From a virus (taxonomy: Duplodnaviria; Caudoviricetes): a stretch of DNA of 29,270 nt. The position numbers were made by a program, and so were the translations under genes. The notes beneath the pieces were generated by a model that was not told the DNA's origin, ran no database searches, and saw only the letters and a list, made by a program, of their open reading frames with translations. The stretch is taken from positions 1-29,270 of the IMG/VR virus record IMGVR_UViG_3300033067_002027. One strand, written 5' to 3'. Positions 15,268 to 24,065 of the stretch are shown here, in pieces (position 1 is the first letter of the stretch; each line of letters opens with the position of its first letter).

Positions 15268-16110
15268 ATGACAATACCAAATCGAGTTCGTGAGCGTTTG
15301 ATTCAAGGCCTGAAGCGATATCAACCTGTATTGGCGAGCGCAAAGGCTCGCGATATCAATGAGGCCGACACGGTGACGATCGTCAAGGACCTGCTCGCCG
15401 ACATCTTTGGATTCGACAAATACGCCGATATCACATCAGAGTATGCAATCCGCGGCACCTATGTGGATTTGGCGATCAAGCTGGATAACACGCTGCACCT
15501 CTTGCTCGAAGTTAAGGCCATTGGCCTAGAGCTAAAGGATGCCTTTGTGAAGCAGGCTGTGGATTACGCCGCCAATCAAGGGGTCGAGTGGGTTGTGCTG
15601 ACCAATGGAGCCGTGTGGCGCATCTATCGGATTTCGTTTAAGCAACCCATCGAACAAGAGCTTGTGGCAAAGGTTGATTTGCTTACTGCCTCGCCGAAGA
15701 GCGAGGGCGATTTGGAGACATTGAACCTACTCAGCAAAGAAGGCATCACCAAGTCTTTACTGAATGACTATCACGCCCAGCGCCAGGCGCTTAGTCGTTA
15801 CTCGGTGGGTGCGCTGCTGATGAGCGATGCCATTGTCGATGTGGTGCGGCGCGAGTTGCGCAAGATGTCGCCGGATGTTCGAATTGATAGTGACCAAATC
15901 CGCGAGGTCTTGGGTAATGAAGTCATCAAGCGCGAGGTCTTAGAGGGCGAGCGGGCAGATGATGCCCGGCGCAAGGTGAATCGAAGCGTGGCCAAGGCGC
16001 AAAAACGAGTAGCACGAACGGCAAGCACAGACGAGACTCAGCCGAGTGGCGAAGATTCAGCAGAAGATATGGTTGCCGAAGTGGTTCATGAAGCTGCTGC
16101 TGACGCATAA
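15268..16110 (+). CDS. type I restriction enzyme HsdR N-terminal domain (PD-(D/E)xK nuclease) protein
   Basis: NEADT, EYAIRGTYVDLAI, LLEVKA, QAVDYA, VVLTNGAVWRIY; GGAGG RBS; no helicase domain. Confidence 0.85.
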   Translation: MTIPNRVRERLIQGLKRYQPVLASAKARDINEADTVTIVKDLLADIFGFDKYADITSEYAIRGTYVDLAIKLDNTLHLLLEVKAIGLELKDAFVKQAVDYAANQGVEWVVLTNGAVWRIYRISFKQPIEQELVAKVDLLTASPKSEGDLETLNLLSKEGITKSLLNDYHAQRQALSRYSVGALLMSDAIVDVVRRELRKMSPDVRIDSDQIREVLGNEVIKREVLEGERADDARRKVNRSVAKAQKRVARTASTDETQPSGEDSAEDMVAEVVHEAAADA

Positions 16111-16165
16111 AAAACAACAGCATACTAAACACGGGGTCACATATCAGAACATTGGAGGTTTGATC

Positions 16166-16801
16166 GTGTTAAAGACATTGCTCAAAGTCATCATATTCGG
16201 CTGCATCGGACTTACGGCGTTGGGAGTCATTGCTAATTTGATCAACGGCGGCACCGCTTCGAGAGAAACGGCAAAGGCGCCGCAGCGCGCTATTGCCGAA
16301 GCGACATCTCAACCCATTGCGGCTGTGCCAGCGGCCACATTTACAGCCAGCGCTCCAGAGGTGACATCCGCCCCGGCATCCGTGTCAGATTTAATCGCCG
16401 CCGCGGCAAGTAAGGCCTGCGGGGATCGAGTGATCAAGGTGGAGCACACTGCAACGCAGACATCGATTGACTGCAAACTCGGCGACAATCTCACCGATAA
16501 CATGATCGTTGGCGGAGCCACGCTCGATCTGTATGAGCTCACGCAGGCGATCATGCCCTACGAAGAAGTGAAGTCACTGCAATTCCGTCTGATCGGTGAT
16601 TTCAAAGACAAATATGGCAATGAGAGTCAGTTGCCAGCCTTTGGCTTTAGGGTGCCAAAGGCGCTTTATAAGAAGATCAATTGGAAGAACACGCTCAACC
16701 GAGACTTCTGTAAGTTGCTCGCCGACGGGGCAGATGGGAGTGCCGCAGTCGTGCACCCAGCGTGGCGTGAGCTATGGCGAGCGTGGTTGAATAATGAGTA
16801 G
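16166..16801 (+). CDS. membrane-anchored extracytoplasmic protein (immunity-region accessory)
   Basis: GTG 16166 with GGAGG RBS; N-terminal TM; Ala/Pro linker; globular domain containing DKYGNE. Confidence 0.7.
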   Translation: MLKTLLKVIIFGCIGLTALGVIANLINGGTASRETAKAPQRAIAEATSQPIAAVPAATFTASAPEVTSAPASVSDLIAAAASKACGDRVIKVEHTATQTSIDCKLGDNLTDNMIVGGATLDLYELTQAIMPYEEVKSLQFRLIGDFKDKYGNESQLPAFGFRVPKALYKKINWKNTLNRDFCKLLADGADGSAAVVHPAWRELWRAWLNNE

Positions 16802-16804
16802 GGC

Positions 16805-17359
16805 TTAAATCCACCGTCCCTCAATCACAAACCGCCGCTGAAACTCCCGGTCCGAGCAAGACAAATACACCACGGCCTGAATGAAGGTCATCAGCCCCAG
16901 CGGCAGCGCGAACACGAGTAGGCAAAGCAACCCAGGCACCAAGAGCGACAGCAGCAATACAAACAGGCAAGCCAGCGTATAGAGCAGGAAGAACAGCCCC
17001 ATCCCCGTATTGCCCATGTAGAACCCATGCAGCCCCAGCGGCCCAAGGAAGAAGGCGAGCGCCGCGGCGGCCATGCGGGTTGGCCCACCCGGAATAATCT
17101 CCTCCTCGCGCTGCGGTGTAGGCTGTGGCGGCGGCACGACATAGATTGGCTGCACGAGCTGCGGGGCAGGCTGTGGCGCATAGCGTTGGCTCGCTGCCGA
17201 CGGCACTGGCGCGCCGCTCATATCTACGACGCGGGTCTCATCGATCCGGGTGCCATCGGCGCGAAATTGGGTGCGAAAGGTGTGGCCACAAATACACTGC
17301 ACGGCTTCAATGCGATTGTCGCGGCCACACTGGGGACAGACTTTGACGATATCGGCCAT
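16805..17359 (-). CDS. zinc-ribbon plus TM2 (NINE) domain membrane protein
   Basis: CPQCG...CICG ribbon; AAAALAFFLGPLGLHGFYMGNTGMG TM2 signature. Confidence 0.82.
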   Translation of the reverse strand: MADIVKVCPQCGRDNRIEAVQCICGHTFRTQFRADGTRIDETRVVDMSGAPVPSAASQRYAPQPAPQLVQPIYVVPPPQPTPQREEEIIPGGPTRMAAAALAFFLGPLGLHGFYMGNTGMGLFFLLYTLACLFVLLLSLLVPGLLCLLVFALPLGLMTFIQAVVYLSCSDREFQRRFVIEGRWI

Positions 17360-17582
17360 ACCGGTATTGTGTCGAATTGGCGCGCGGCGTTCAACGAGAA
17401 AGCCTTTATTTTTCGCTCAGATTGCAAATAGGCTTTACGCATAAATCCGCACGTCCCTGCGATATCCCCCTCAACACTCCTCATATCCCCTCGAACACAA
17501 TTGCAATCAACGCGAAAACAACGCCCACGCGCTATCACCCCGATTCCAGCGGATCACACCACTGGAGAGAAGGGGGAGTGGT

Positions 17583-17873
17583 TTGAGTCAGTATTACAGA
17601 TCGACGAACAACGACTGGGGATCATTGCAGCCACGACAATCCAGCATGAAGAAATTGGCCGAGGTGCTCACCAGGCTTCGGCTCGATATTGCCGTGTCTC
17701 GTGCGCGATCCTTGGCCACGACCACCGAGGAGCTGTGGGTGGAGCTGGCCGGGCGCTTCCCGGTGCAGGCGCTGGTGATTGATCCATTCACGCGCTGGCC
17801 AGCGCGCTGGTTGTGGCGTGATAAAGCTGGTCAGGTAAGAGCTGTCGTTATTGGGGGGTATTCACATGGTTAA
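17583..17873 (+). CDS. hypothetical protein (96 aa)
   Basis: TTG start with GGGGGAG RBS; 5 nt from the next gene. Confidence 0.5.
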   Translation: MSQYYRSTNNDWGSLQPRQSSMKKLAEVLTRLRLDIAVSRARSLATTTEELWVELAGRFPVQALVIDPFTRWPARWLWRDKAGQVRAVVIGGYSHG

Positions 17874-17878
17874 CCAAT

Positions 17879-18145
17879 ATGGCATTACCCAATATCCTCT
17901 TCGATTCGAAGCTGGCCGCATATACCAAAGAGCGCACCGAGCGCAGGCCAATTGTGTTGTCTCACCGCGAGCGCGAGATTGCTGAATTGATTGCACAGGA
18001 GTTGCCGCTTTACGCGGTGGCCGCGCGGCTCGGGATCAGCAACAAGACCGTAGTCACATATCGTATGCGAATCCGTGCCAAGCTGGGATGCAGAGACGAT
18101 GCTGGGATTATGCGGTATGTGAGTTCGGCGATTGACTCGATTTGA
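17879..18145 (+). CDS. stand-alone LuxR/GerE-type HTH regulator (possible late-gene regulator)
   Basis: LSHREREIAELIAQ...VAARLGISNKTVVTYRMRIRAKLG. Confidence 0.88.
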   Translation: MALPNILFDSKLAAYTKERTERRPIVLSHREREIAELIAQELPLYAVAARLGISNKTVVTYRMRIRAKLGCRDDAGIMRYVSSAIDSI

Positions 18146-18531
18146 TACACAAGTGCCTGCCACATGCAGCAGGCGGGGCGTCGCGTGGGTTGTGAGTGGG
18201 CGCTGGTGTTCGGCGCACTCATGAAAGGCTAGGGAGGAGCGCCACGACGACAGCGTTGCCGTTCAGCAAAAGATCGACGACAGCAACGAACCGTAGAAGC
18301 CGGGAGAAATCCCGGCCTTGGTCTTTCATATCCTCATAGCATCCACACAGAATTCACGCAGCAATCACTAAGGCCAAAACCCGCCGCGCCCAAATCTACA
18401 ACTAAAGTCCTAGCCATCAATGCGGACACAGAACAGATGTCCGACTAATATAGCAAGCGCAAGCGACATCCATCCAACCCCCGCGTTTGCGTTGAACAGT
18501 CGGCCACGCGCAGAATCATATCGACGCTCCA

Positions 18532-18840
18532 ATGCAAGCCAAAGCGCCAACCGGCGAACTGATGGCCGAACCTGCGAACCAGATTACAACTTCCTCCGAG
18601 ATCGATCAGCTGCGGCGCGACATGATCGCCGCCATTGATGAAACCCTCGCCCTCGTCAACCCACAGTGGACCATTCGCGAGCTGCGCCTTGCGGTGAATG
18701 CCGATGGCCGCGTTGAATCGAGTCCGCTATTGCGGCGACGCCCAAGGCGATATCGACCAACCACCGACCACAAGATCAACTTCACTGGTCGGTCTGAGGG
18801 TGAAACAGCGGGTGGCCGTGCGATTCGTGGCGATGGCTGA
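18532..18840 (+). CDS. hypothetical protein (start 18532 or 18562)
   Basis: ORF fills the gap ahead of the late operon; weak RBS. Confidence 0.5.
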   Translation: MQAKAPTGELMAEPANQITTSSEIDQLRRDMIAAIDETLALVNPQWTIRELRLAVNADGRVESSPLLRRRPRRYRPTTDHKINFTGRSEGETAGGRAIRGDG

Positions 18841-18853
18841 CAATCGCCAACGC

Positions 18854-18877
18854 TAGAATCACCAACAACTAAATACG
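18854..18877 (+). promoter_or_regulatory. putative late promoter module 1 (-10 TAGAAT plus CAACTAAATACG)
   Basis: Motif recurs at 22600-22625; both copies are followed by a terminator. Confidence 0.5.
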
Positions 18878-18892
18878 ACCGAAAACCTTTTT

Positions 18893-18929
18893 AGGCGGTC
18901 ACATCTCTTTGAGGTGTGACCGCTTTTTT
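18893..18929 (+). terminator. intrinsic terminator ahead of the late operon
   Basis: AGGCGGTCACATCTC-TTT-GAGGTGTGACCGCTT followed by a T-run. Confidence 0.85.
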
Positions 18930-18948
18930 CGTTTCCCGAGGTGAATGA

Positions 18949-19281
18949 ATGGATACACAGACAAACAAGCAACCGCAAGACGCCCAAGATCAAAAGCCAG
19001 CGACACCGGCACCCAAGCAAGCGCCCAGTGTTGGCCGCATCGTGCATTACGTACTGCCGGATTGGGATGACTCCATCAGCCATTGGTCAAAGGGCGATCA
19101 TCGTCCGGCCATCATCGTGCGCGTATGGGGGGCAGAGATGGTGCAGTTACAAGTCTTCACCGATGGATCAAACGATCTCCAATCGGGCGCCAACGTGATG
19201 TGGTGCACGAGTGTTCATCAGGACGAAACCACGAAGGCTTCTGGCACATGGCACTGGCCTGAGTACGTCCCAGCCCAATAA
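18949..19281 (+). CDS. conserved phage hypothetical protein
   Basis: PSVGRIVHY...RPAIIVRVW...LQVFTDG...GTWHWPE pattern familiar from phage proteins; GAGGTG RBS. Confidence 0.75.
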   Translation: MDTQTNKQPQDAQDQKPATPAPKQAPSVGRIVHYVLPDWDDSISHWSKGDHRPAIIVRVWGAEMVQLQVFTDGSNDLQSGANVMWCTSVHQDETTKASGTWHWPEYVPAQ

Positions 19282-19295
19282 CTAGCGAGGTGAAC

Positions 19296-19670
19296 ATGCA
19301 AATCGACCTAACTCTCCAAGGCTGGACCGCACTTGTCAACTTCGTCCTCGCCCTCATCGCCATCCTCATCCCTCAATCACGCGCGTGGTATGGCCGCCAA
19401 AACGAGGAGTATCAGCGCTCCGTGCGCGGCATCGCCTCGCTCGGGCTCGCGGCGCTCTTCATCGGCTCATCGTGCGCCGGGTGGTTGCAAGGCGTGATCG
19501 CCTGCGAGAGAACAACGGTACTGGGGTTCATCGGCAATGTGGTGATCGCCGGCATCGTCGGCTTTCAGGCTTCGGGCGCATTGTTCTCGGGCGTTAAAAC
19601 ATCGCAGGCGGTGGCCCTGAATCGGATGATCGCACGATCCATTACGTCGCCCAACGAGATCCGCCACTAA
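19296..19670 (+). CDS. putative holin (3 TM)
   Basis: Three hydrophobic helices; small size; start of the late operon; GAGGTG RBS. Confidence 0.6.
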   Translation: MQIDLTLQGWTALVNFVLALIAILIPQSRAWYGRQNEEYQRSVRGIASLGLAALFIGSSCAGWLQGVIACERTTVLGFIGNVVIAGIVGFQASGALFSGVKTSQAVALNRMIARSITSPNEIRH

Positions 19671-19703
19671 TCCCAGCGGCGTTGCTCACGCCTCATGGAA
19701 TGA

Positions 19704-19973
19704 ATGTTGCAACCGTTCGCCCTTATCGCCGCCGCCATCGTCACTGTCGCATTTGTAGTCGCTGGCACGATCCTGCTTGACCAAGTGATCGAAGCTCGGA
19801 TCGGAGATCTGCGCAACGAGCGCGACTTCCTGCGGGCGCAACTCATCGAGGCCAACGAACGCAACGAGGATCTGCAACGGCAAAACGGGATCTATCGCGA
19901 CGAACTCCACTTCAGCGATGGAGCGCTCAACGAGTCACGAAGCGACTCTCGGCGAGGAGGGTCTAAACAGTGA
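19704..19973 (+). CDS. N-terminal TM plus coiled-coil protein
   Basis: TM at aa 3-26 then heptad-like charged helix; GTGA overlap with the next gene. Confidence 0.6.
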   Translation: MLQPFALIAAAIVTVAFVVAGTILLDQVIEARIGDLRNERDFLRAQLIEANERNEDLQRQNGIYRDELHFSDGALNESRSDSRRGGSKQ

Positions 19974-20788
19974 TCACTCGCGGGCGCAAATACCGCATCG
20001 CACTCGGCATCGTGGCCGGTTGGGTCATGGCCGTGCTTGCGCCGGGCGTGGTGGCGGGCCTCGTCGTCTATCAGGTCAGTGTCAGGCGCATCGCCCCTGC
20101 CGCGCCGACGCTTGTGTCCGGCGTGCGCGCCGAGGTGACGGTTGTCGATGCCGAGGTAGTGCACATCACACCGGTGATGCGCGCCACGCTCATGGTGGCA
20201 AACGGTGATCACGGTGACAGCTTGAGCTATGCCGCTGGCGAGGGTGGCAGGGGCTATGGCAATGAGGCGATACCGCTGCATGAGGCGGTGCCCAGCGCGG
20301 CGACCGCCGGCACCGATGGCAGGCCGAGCGACGCGGCGCTTGGTGGCTCGCTGTATCTGCCGGTCCAGCCAACCGAAGGAGTGAGCGCACCGAGCCCGAC
20401 GGCCACACGTGCAGTGGTCGCCAAAACGATGACACCGTTGCCACTGGCCATCGACAAGCCCGAGCCAACCGTCGAGATCTCGCCACTGCCGACACCGCCG
20501 CTTGTGACTACTGAGACCGGTGCACCATCGCCCGAGCCGACGCCGATGCTGGCGGCCACCCAGACGCTTGAACCAACCATCGCGCCGGTGAGCACATGGA
20601 CGCCATCGCCTACGGTGGCACCCACGCCGGTGCCAGCCATTGAGCCCACGCCGACGATGACGGTCTCGCCGGTGCCCATTGTTTTGCCGACCGAGACCGC
20701 AACAACATCGCCGTTGGAGTCACCCTTGGCCACGCCAACGGCGATGCCCAGCGCGACGCCAGTGGAGACGGAGACACCAACACCATGA
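19970..20788 (+). CDS. membrane-anchored Pro/Thr-rich protein
   Basis: N-terminal TM; LYLPV motif; long PT/SPLPTP region. Confidence 0.7.
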   Translation: MITRGRKYRIALGIVAGWVMAVLAPGVVAGLVVYQVSVRRIAPAAPTLVSGVRAEVTVVDAEVVHITPVMRATLMVANGDHGDSLSYAAGEGGRGYGNEAIPLHEAVPSAATAGTDGRPSDAALGGSLYLPVQPTEGVSAPSPTATRAVVAKTMTPLPLAIDKPEPTVEISPLPTPPLVTTETGAPSPEPTPMLAATQTLEPTIAPVSTWTPSPTVAPTPVPAIEPTPTMTVSPVPIVLPTETATTSPLESPLATPTAMPSATPVETETPTP

Positions 20789-21048
20789 GTGACACACCCA
20801 ACCCAATCACCCTCTACGTCAATCGCAAAGCCAAGCCCATCCCGCCCGGCGCATGGCAAGCGGTTGCCCCCAAGCCGGTGAATACGGCCGTACAGATCAT
20901 GCAGGCCTTCACAGTCGTCGACGGCAAGGGGATCGACCAGCATGGTGCCGCCGGCGACTACATCCTTGCGCTGGCCGATGGCCAGCATGTTGTGCTGCCA
21001 GCGGAGTTGTTCGGCCTACTTTTCAACGAGCTAGGAGCGAGCGCGTGA
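20785..21048 (+). CDS. hypothetical protein (PGDYG-like fold)
   Basis: FTVVD..G..HGAAGDYIL...V.PAELF pattern; ATGA overlap. Confidence 0.6.
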   Translation: MSDTPNPITLYVNRKAKPIPPGAWQAVAPKPVNTAVQIMQAFTVVDGKGIDQHGAAGDYILALADGQHVVLPAELFGLLFNELGASA

Positions 21049-21245
21049 GTGGACGCCCAAGCCAGTTGCCCACACGCCGAGGTCTTGGCCCGAAGGAGGC
21101 TGCCGGCATTATCTTTCTCGCATTCGTCGTCGTGGTCGTGGCCATCATCGCCATTGGCAGCATTGCGATCCTCGGCCTCAAGACGACGGCGCTCATATTG
21201 GCCTGCTTTGCGGCAGGTTTCATTGTGCGAGGCATATTCCCATGA
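21045..21245 (+). CDS. small two-TM membrane protein
   Basis: GTG 21045 with AGGAG RBS and GTGA overlap; hydrophobic. Confidence 0.62.
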   Translation: MSGRPSQLPTRRGLGPKEAAGIIFLAFVVVVVAIIAIGSIAILGLKTTALILACFAAGFIVRGIFP

Positions 21246-21454
21246 GCGCGCCAAAGGATGTCAACGTCGCGATCACCGATATCGACGCGCACCTCAAGGC
21301 TCACCCGGTGCCATCTGTGCTCGAGGATTGGCGACAGCTGCGCAGCTACATTGCTGCACTCGATGACCAGCGCCATATCTACCTGGTGATAGGTGTTGCC
21401 ATTGGCATCCTTGGCTCAATCCTCGTGGCGTTTATCGGGGGGACGCACCCATGA
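21242..21454 (+). CDS. small protein with C-terminal TM
   Basis: ATGA overlaps on both sides; C-terminal hydrophobic helix. Confidence 0.62.
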   Translation: MSAPKDVNVAITDIDAHLKAHPVPSVLEDWRQLRSYIAALDDQRHIYLVIGVAIGILGSILVAFIGGTHP

Positions 21455-21735
21455 TCGTTGCCGCCACTGTCGACCGTCTGCGCTCGCTGGCCGTGCGTGA
21501 TCGCGCGACGCGTGACGATCTGCCCGATCTGGCCTACGCCACGGATGTGCTTGACTGGGCAAGGCACAGCGATGGCGCGCTCGAGATCCTCGCGGCAGTG
21601 ATGATGGTGCTCTGTGCCCAGCTTGAGCGCCTGGGCGAGGGACTCAATGAGGCGGTGCCGCTCGTCGACGCGCACCGGCGGGCGATCACGCGTGCGGTGT
21701 GCCTTGTGGTGACCCAGACGACCCAAACTCTATGA
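21451..21735 (+). CDS. hypothetical protein (94 aa)
   Basis: ATGA overlaps on both sides. Confidence 0.62.
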   Translation: MIVAATVDRLRSLAVRDRATRDDLPDLAYATDVLDWARHSDGALEILAAVMMVLCAQLERLGEGLNEAVPLVDAHRRAITRAVCLVVTQTTQTL

Positions 21736-22286
21736 ACGCGAAGCAAACAGCATTCGTGGCCCATTACCTGCGGACGTGGAACGCCTCAAAGGCGGCGCGC
21801 CGGGCAGGCTATTCCAAGAAGACCGCCGGGGCCATTGGCCACGAATTGTTGAAAAAACCTGAAATTCAGGCGGCCATTCAGCAGCGATTGGCCAATCTAC
21901 ATGCCAGCGCCAATGAGGTGCTGGCCAGACTGACTGTGCAGGCGCGCGGCGATATCACAGACCTGCTCAACGATGACGGCACCGTGGACCTCGCATATAT
22001 CCGCAAGCGGCGGATGGGCGTGTTGATTAAGAAGGCCAAGACGACCAAGAAGATTTACACCCCACGCGATGAAGGCAAAGAGCCCTACACCGAGATATAC
22101 ACCGAGCTGGAGCTCTACAGCGCACAGGAGGCCCTGGCCTTACTTGGCAAGCATCACAAGCTATTCACCGAAACCATCGACATCAACTGGCGCACCAAGC
22201 TAGAGGCCGCCGGCATCGACCCGGCGCAAATCTTCAACGATCTGGTTCGTGCCGCACAAGAGCGGCTAGAGAACAAATCAAACTAA
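21732..22286 (+). CDS. terS: terminase small subunit
   Basis: MNAKQTAFVAHYL..WNASKAARRAGYSKKTA..IGHELLKKPEI; ALALLGKHHKLF; ATG 21732 overlaps the upstream stop. Confidence 0.93.
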   Translation: MNAKQTAFVAHYLRTWNASKAARRAGYSKKTAGAIGHELLKKPEIQAAIQQRLANLHASANEVLARLTVQARGDITDLLNDDGTVDLAYIRKRRMGVLIKKAKTTKKIYTPRDEGKEPYTEIYTELELYSAQEALALLGKHHKLFTETIDINWRTKLEAAGIDPAQIFNDLVRAAQERLENKSN

Positions 22287-22300
22287 TTCACTGGAGGTCT

Positions 22301-22597
22301 ATGGCACAGACAGCACTCCCAACGGCAAACACTGCGGCATATTCTGAAGTCGGTAACGAACGGCGCACATGGTTGATTGTGCGCGAAGGCCTGCTCACCG
22401 TGGCGCGCGAGATGCGCGCCGTGGGCCAACTACGCCGATCTGCGTCCATGGTCCTGATCGGACGCATGCTGTATGCAGCTGCGGATGTCGTTGCTGAACA
22501 TTACAACCTGAAGCGATCGGTGGATATTGGCGGGAATGGCGTATGTGCGCCGATGCTCGCCGATGGTGGGCACCCGCCGAAGATAGCAGGCGGCTGA
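22301..22597 (+). CDS. hypothetical protein (98 aa)
   Basis: GGAGG RBS; helical. Confidence 0.65.
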   Translation: MAQTALPTANTAAYSEVGNERRTWLIVREGLLTVAREMRAVGQLRRSASMVLIGRMLYAAADVVAEHYNLKRSVDIGGNGVCAPMLADGGHPPKIAGG

Positions 22598-22599
22598 GT

Positions 22600-22625
22600 T
22601 ACAATCCGCCTCGCAACTGAATACG
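22600..22625 (+). promoter_or_regulatory. putative late promoter module 2 (-10 TACAAT plus CAACTGAATACG)
   Basis: Matches the module at 18854-18877. Confidence 0.5.
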
Positions 22626-22642
22626 GCTACGTGATGAAAGTC

Positions 22643-22677
22643 GCGCGGGCTACCTAATTGGTAGTCCGCGCTTTTTT
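22643..22677 (+). terminator. intrinsic terminator
   Basis: GCGCGGGCTACC-TAATT-GGTAGTCCGCGC followed by TTTTTT. Confidence 0.85.
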
Positions 22678-22717
22678 ATTTTCCGGTTGCGTGTCAGCCG
22701 GATAGGAGCACAGACAA

Positions 22718-23125
22718 ATGGCAAACGGGTTTTACGACAAATGGAAAGAGGCAGTTTTGAATGGCGGGAGCAACGTTGCCCTCAACGGCACGGTCAAAAT
22801 CACATTGACTGACGGTGCATCGTACACGCCCAACCTATCAACCAATCAATTTATCTCTGATGTTGCTGGTGGCGCGCGCATCTCCACACAAACGTTGGCC
22901 AACAAAACATACACCGGCGGCGTGTTTGATGCCGACGATGTGACATTCACTGCCGTCACTTCTGGCACCTATGAGCACCTTGTCATCTGGATTGATACCG
23001 GCGTGGAAGCAACCAGCCGCCTAGTCGCGTGTTTCGATACCGCCACAGGCCTGCCGGTGACCTCCAGCGGCGGCAATGTGATCGTGACGTTCGATAGTGG
23101 CGCCAACAAGATTTTCAAGTTGTAG
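22718..23125 (+). CDS. putative virion structural (fibre/tail-associated) protein
   Basis: Beta-rich small-residue composition; GVFDADDVTF, SRLVACFDTATGLPVT..GG..V.FD.GANKIF pattern of phage minor structural proteins; AGGAG RBS. Confidence 0.72.
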   Translation: MANGFYDKWKEAVLNGGSNVALNGTVKITLTDGASYTPNLSTNQFISDVAGGARISTQTLANKTYTGGVFDADDVTFTAVTSGTYEHLVIWIDTGVEATSRLVACFDTATGLPVTSSGGNVIVTFDSGANKIFKL

Positions 23126-23168
23126 CTATCGACATCCGATCGCATGGGCCAATAAAGCAACGGGATTA

Positions 23169-23238
23169 AAGGCCTATCGATAACTTTGGCGGGGACACAC
23201 AAAATGCGGACCCATCGGCACGTTTATCGATAGGCCTT
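23169..23238. repeat. 15-bp perfect inverted repeat with 40-nt spacer
   Basis: AAGGCCTATCGATAA (23169-23183) and TTATCGATAGGCCTT (23224-23238). Confidence 0.85.
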
Positions 23239-23274
23239 AGCCGATGCTGACTGTTTAACGCAATAGGAGTGTAT

Positions 23275-23571
23275 ATGGCACCTTTGACCAGCCAGGCGCG
23301 AGACGAAGCCTTTGCCGAAATCATGCAGCTCATCAGCAATGAGCGATGGGACACCAACCTTCTCAAGCCTGAGATCCGCGCAATGGTTGATGCCGTCGAT
23401 GATTCGATTGATCCAATGCTGAGCGGCATCCTATTTGTCTTGCCCGAGAATGTGGCGAGCCAACTCGCTAGCCCACAGGTATTGCGCTTTTTGTCCATTT
23501 TTATCCGGCGTCGACTTGAAGCGGCTGTGCTTGCGGAGCAAGAAGCGCAGCAAAACGAGGTATCCCCCTAA
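23275..23571 (+). CDS. hypothetical helical protein (possible fibre chaperone)
   Basis: AGGAG RBS; TAATG overlap with the next gene. Confidence 0.65.
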   Translation: MAPLTSQARDEAFAEIMQLISNERWDTNLLKPEIRAMVDAVDDSIDPMLSGILFVLPENVASQLASPQVLRFLSIFIRRRLEAAVLAEQEAQQNEVSP

Positions 23572-24053
23572 TGGCCACACGTGCCGTCCTTGAGCCTTTT
23601 GGCGCTCATTACCCATCAAGCAACTATCCAGGCATGACCCAGATCAACCGCCGACCTGTGTTGGCATTTGATGCTGCAACAGCCGAGACCGCCTATTGGA
23701 CACTTGTCGCTCCTCAGGGTCTGACTGGCACGCTGACGCTAGTCATCAGCTTCATTATGGCATCGGCTACTTCTGGCAATGTGGTGTGGGTGGCTGCGGT
23801 TGAAGCGGTCACCGCCGCCGATGCCACCGATCTCGATGCAGTAACGTCATTCGATGCCGACAACAGTGCGACAGCGGCGGTGCCTGGCACTGCCGGTTAC
23901 TTGCAGCAAGTGTCGATCACACTGACCAACAAAGACAGCGTTGCAGCCGCGGACTATGTGCGCATCTCGATTAAACGCGATGCGGCCAATGGCAGCGACA
24001 CCGCAAGCGGCGATGCATATCTCCTCGCGGCTGAGTTGCGCGACGCTGCCTAA
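23571..24053 (+). CDS. putative virion structural protein (beta-sandwich)
   Basis: Ala/Thr-rich beta composition; IKRDAANGSDTASGDA motif; located in the fibre cluster. Confidence 0.68.
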   Translation: MATRAVLEPFGAHYPSSNYPGMTQINRRPVLAFDAATAETAYWTLVAPQGLTGTLTLVISFIMASATSGNVVWVAAVEAVTAADATDLDAVTSFDADNSATAAVPGTAGYLQQVSITLTNKDSVAAADYVRISIKRDAANGSDTASGDAYLLAAELRDAA

Positions 24054-24065
24054 TCCTCACCCCCA

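Noticed and set aside
20254-20988. 244-aa minus-strand Gly/Val-rich ORF
   Set aside because: Antisense reading of the Pro/Thr-rich gene
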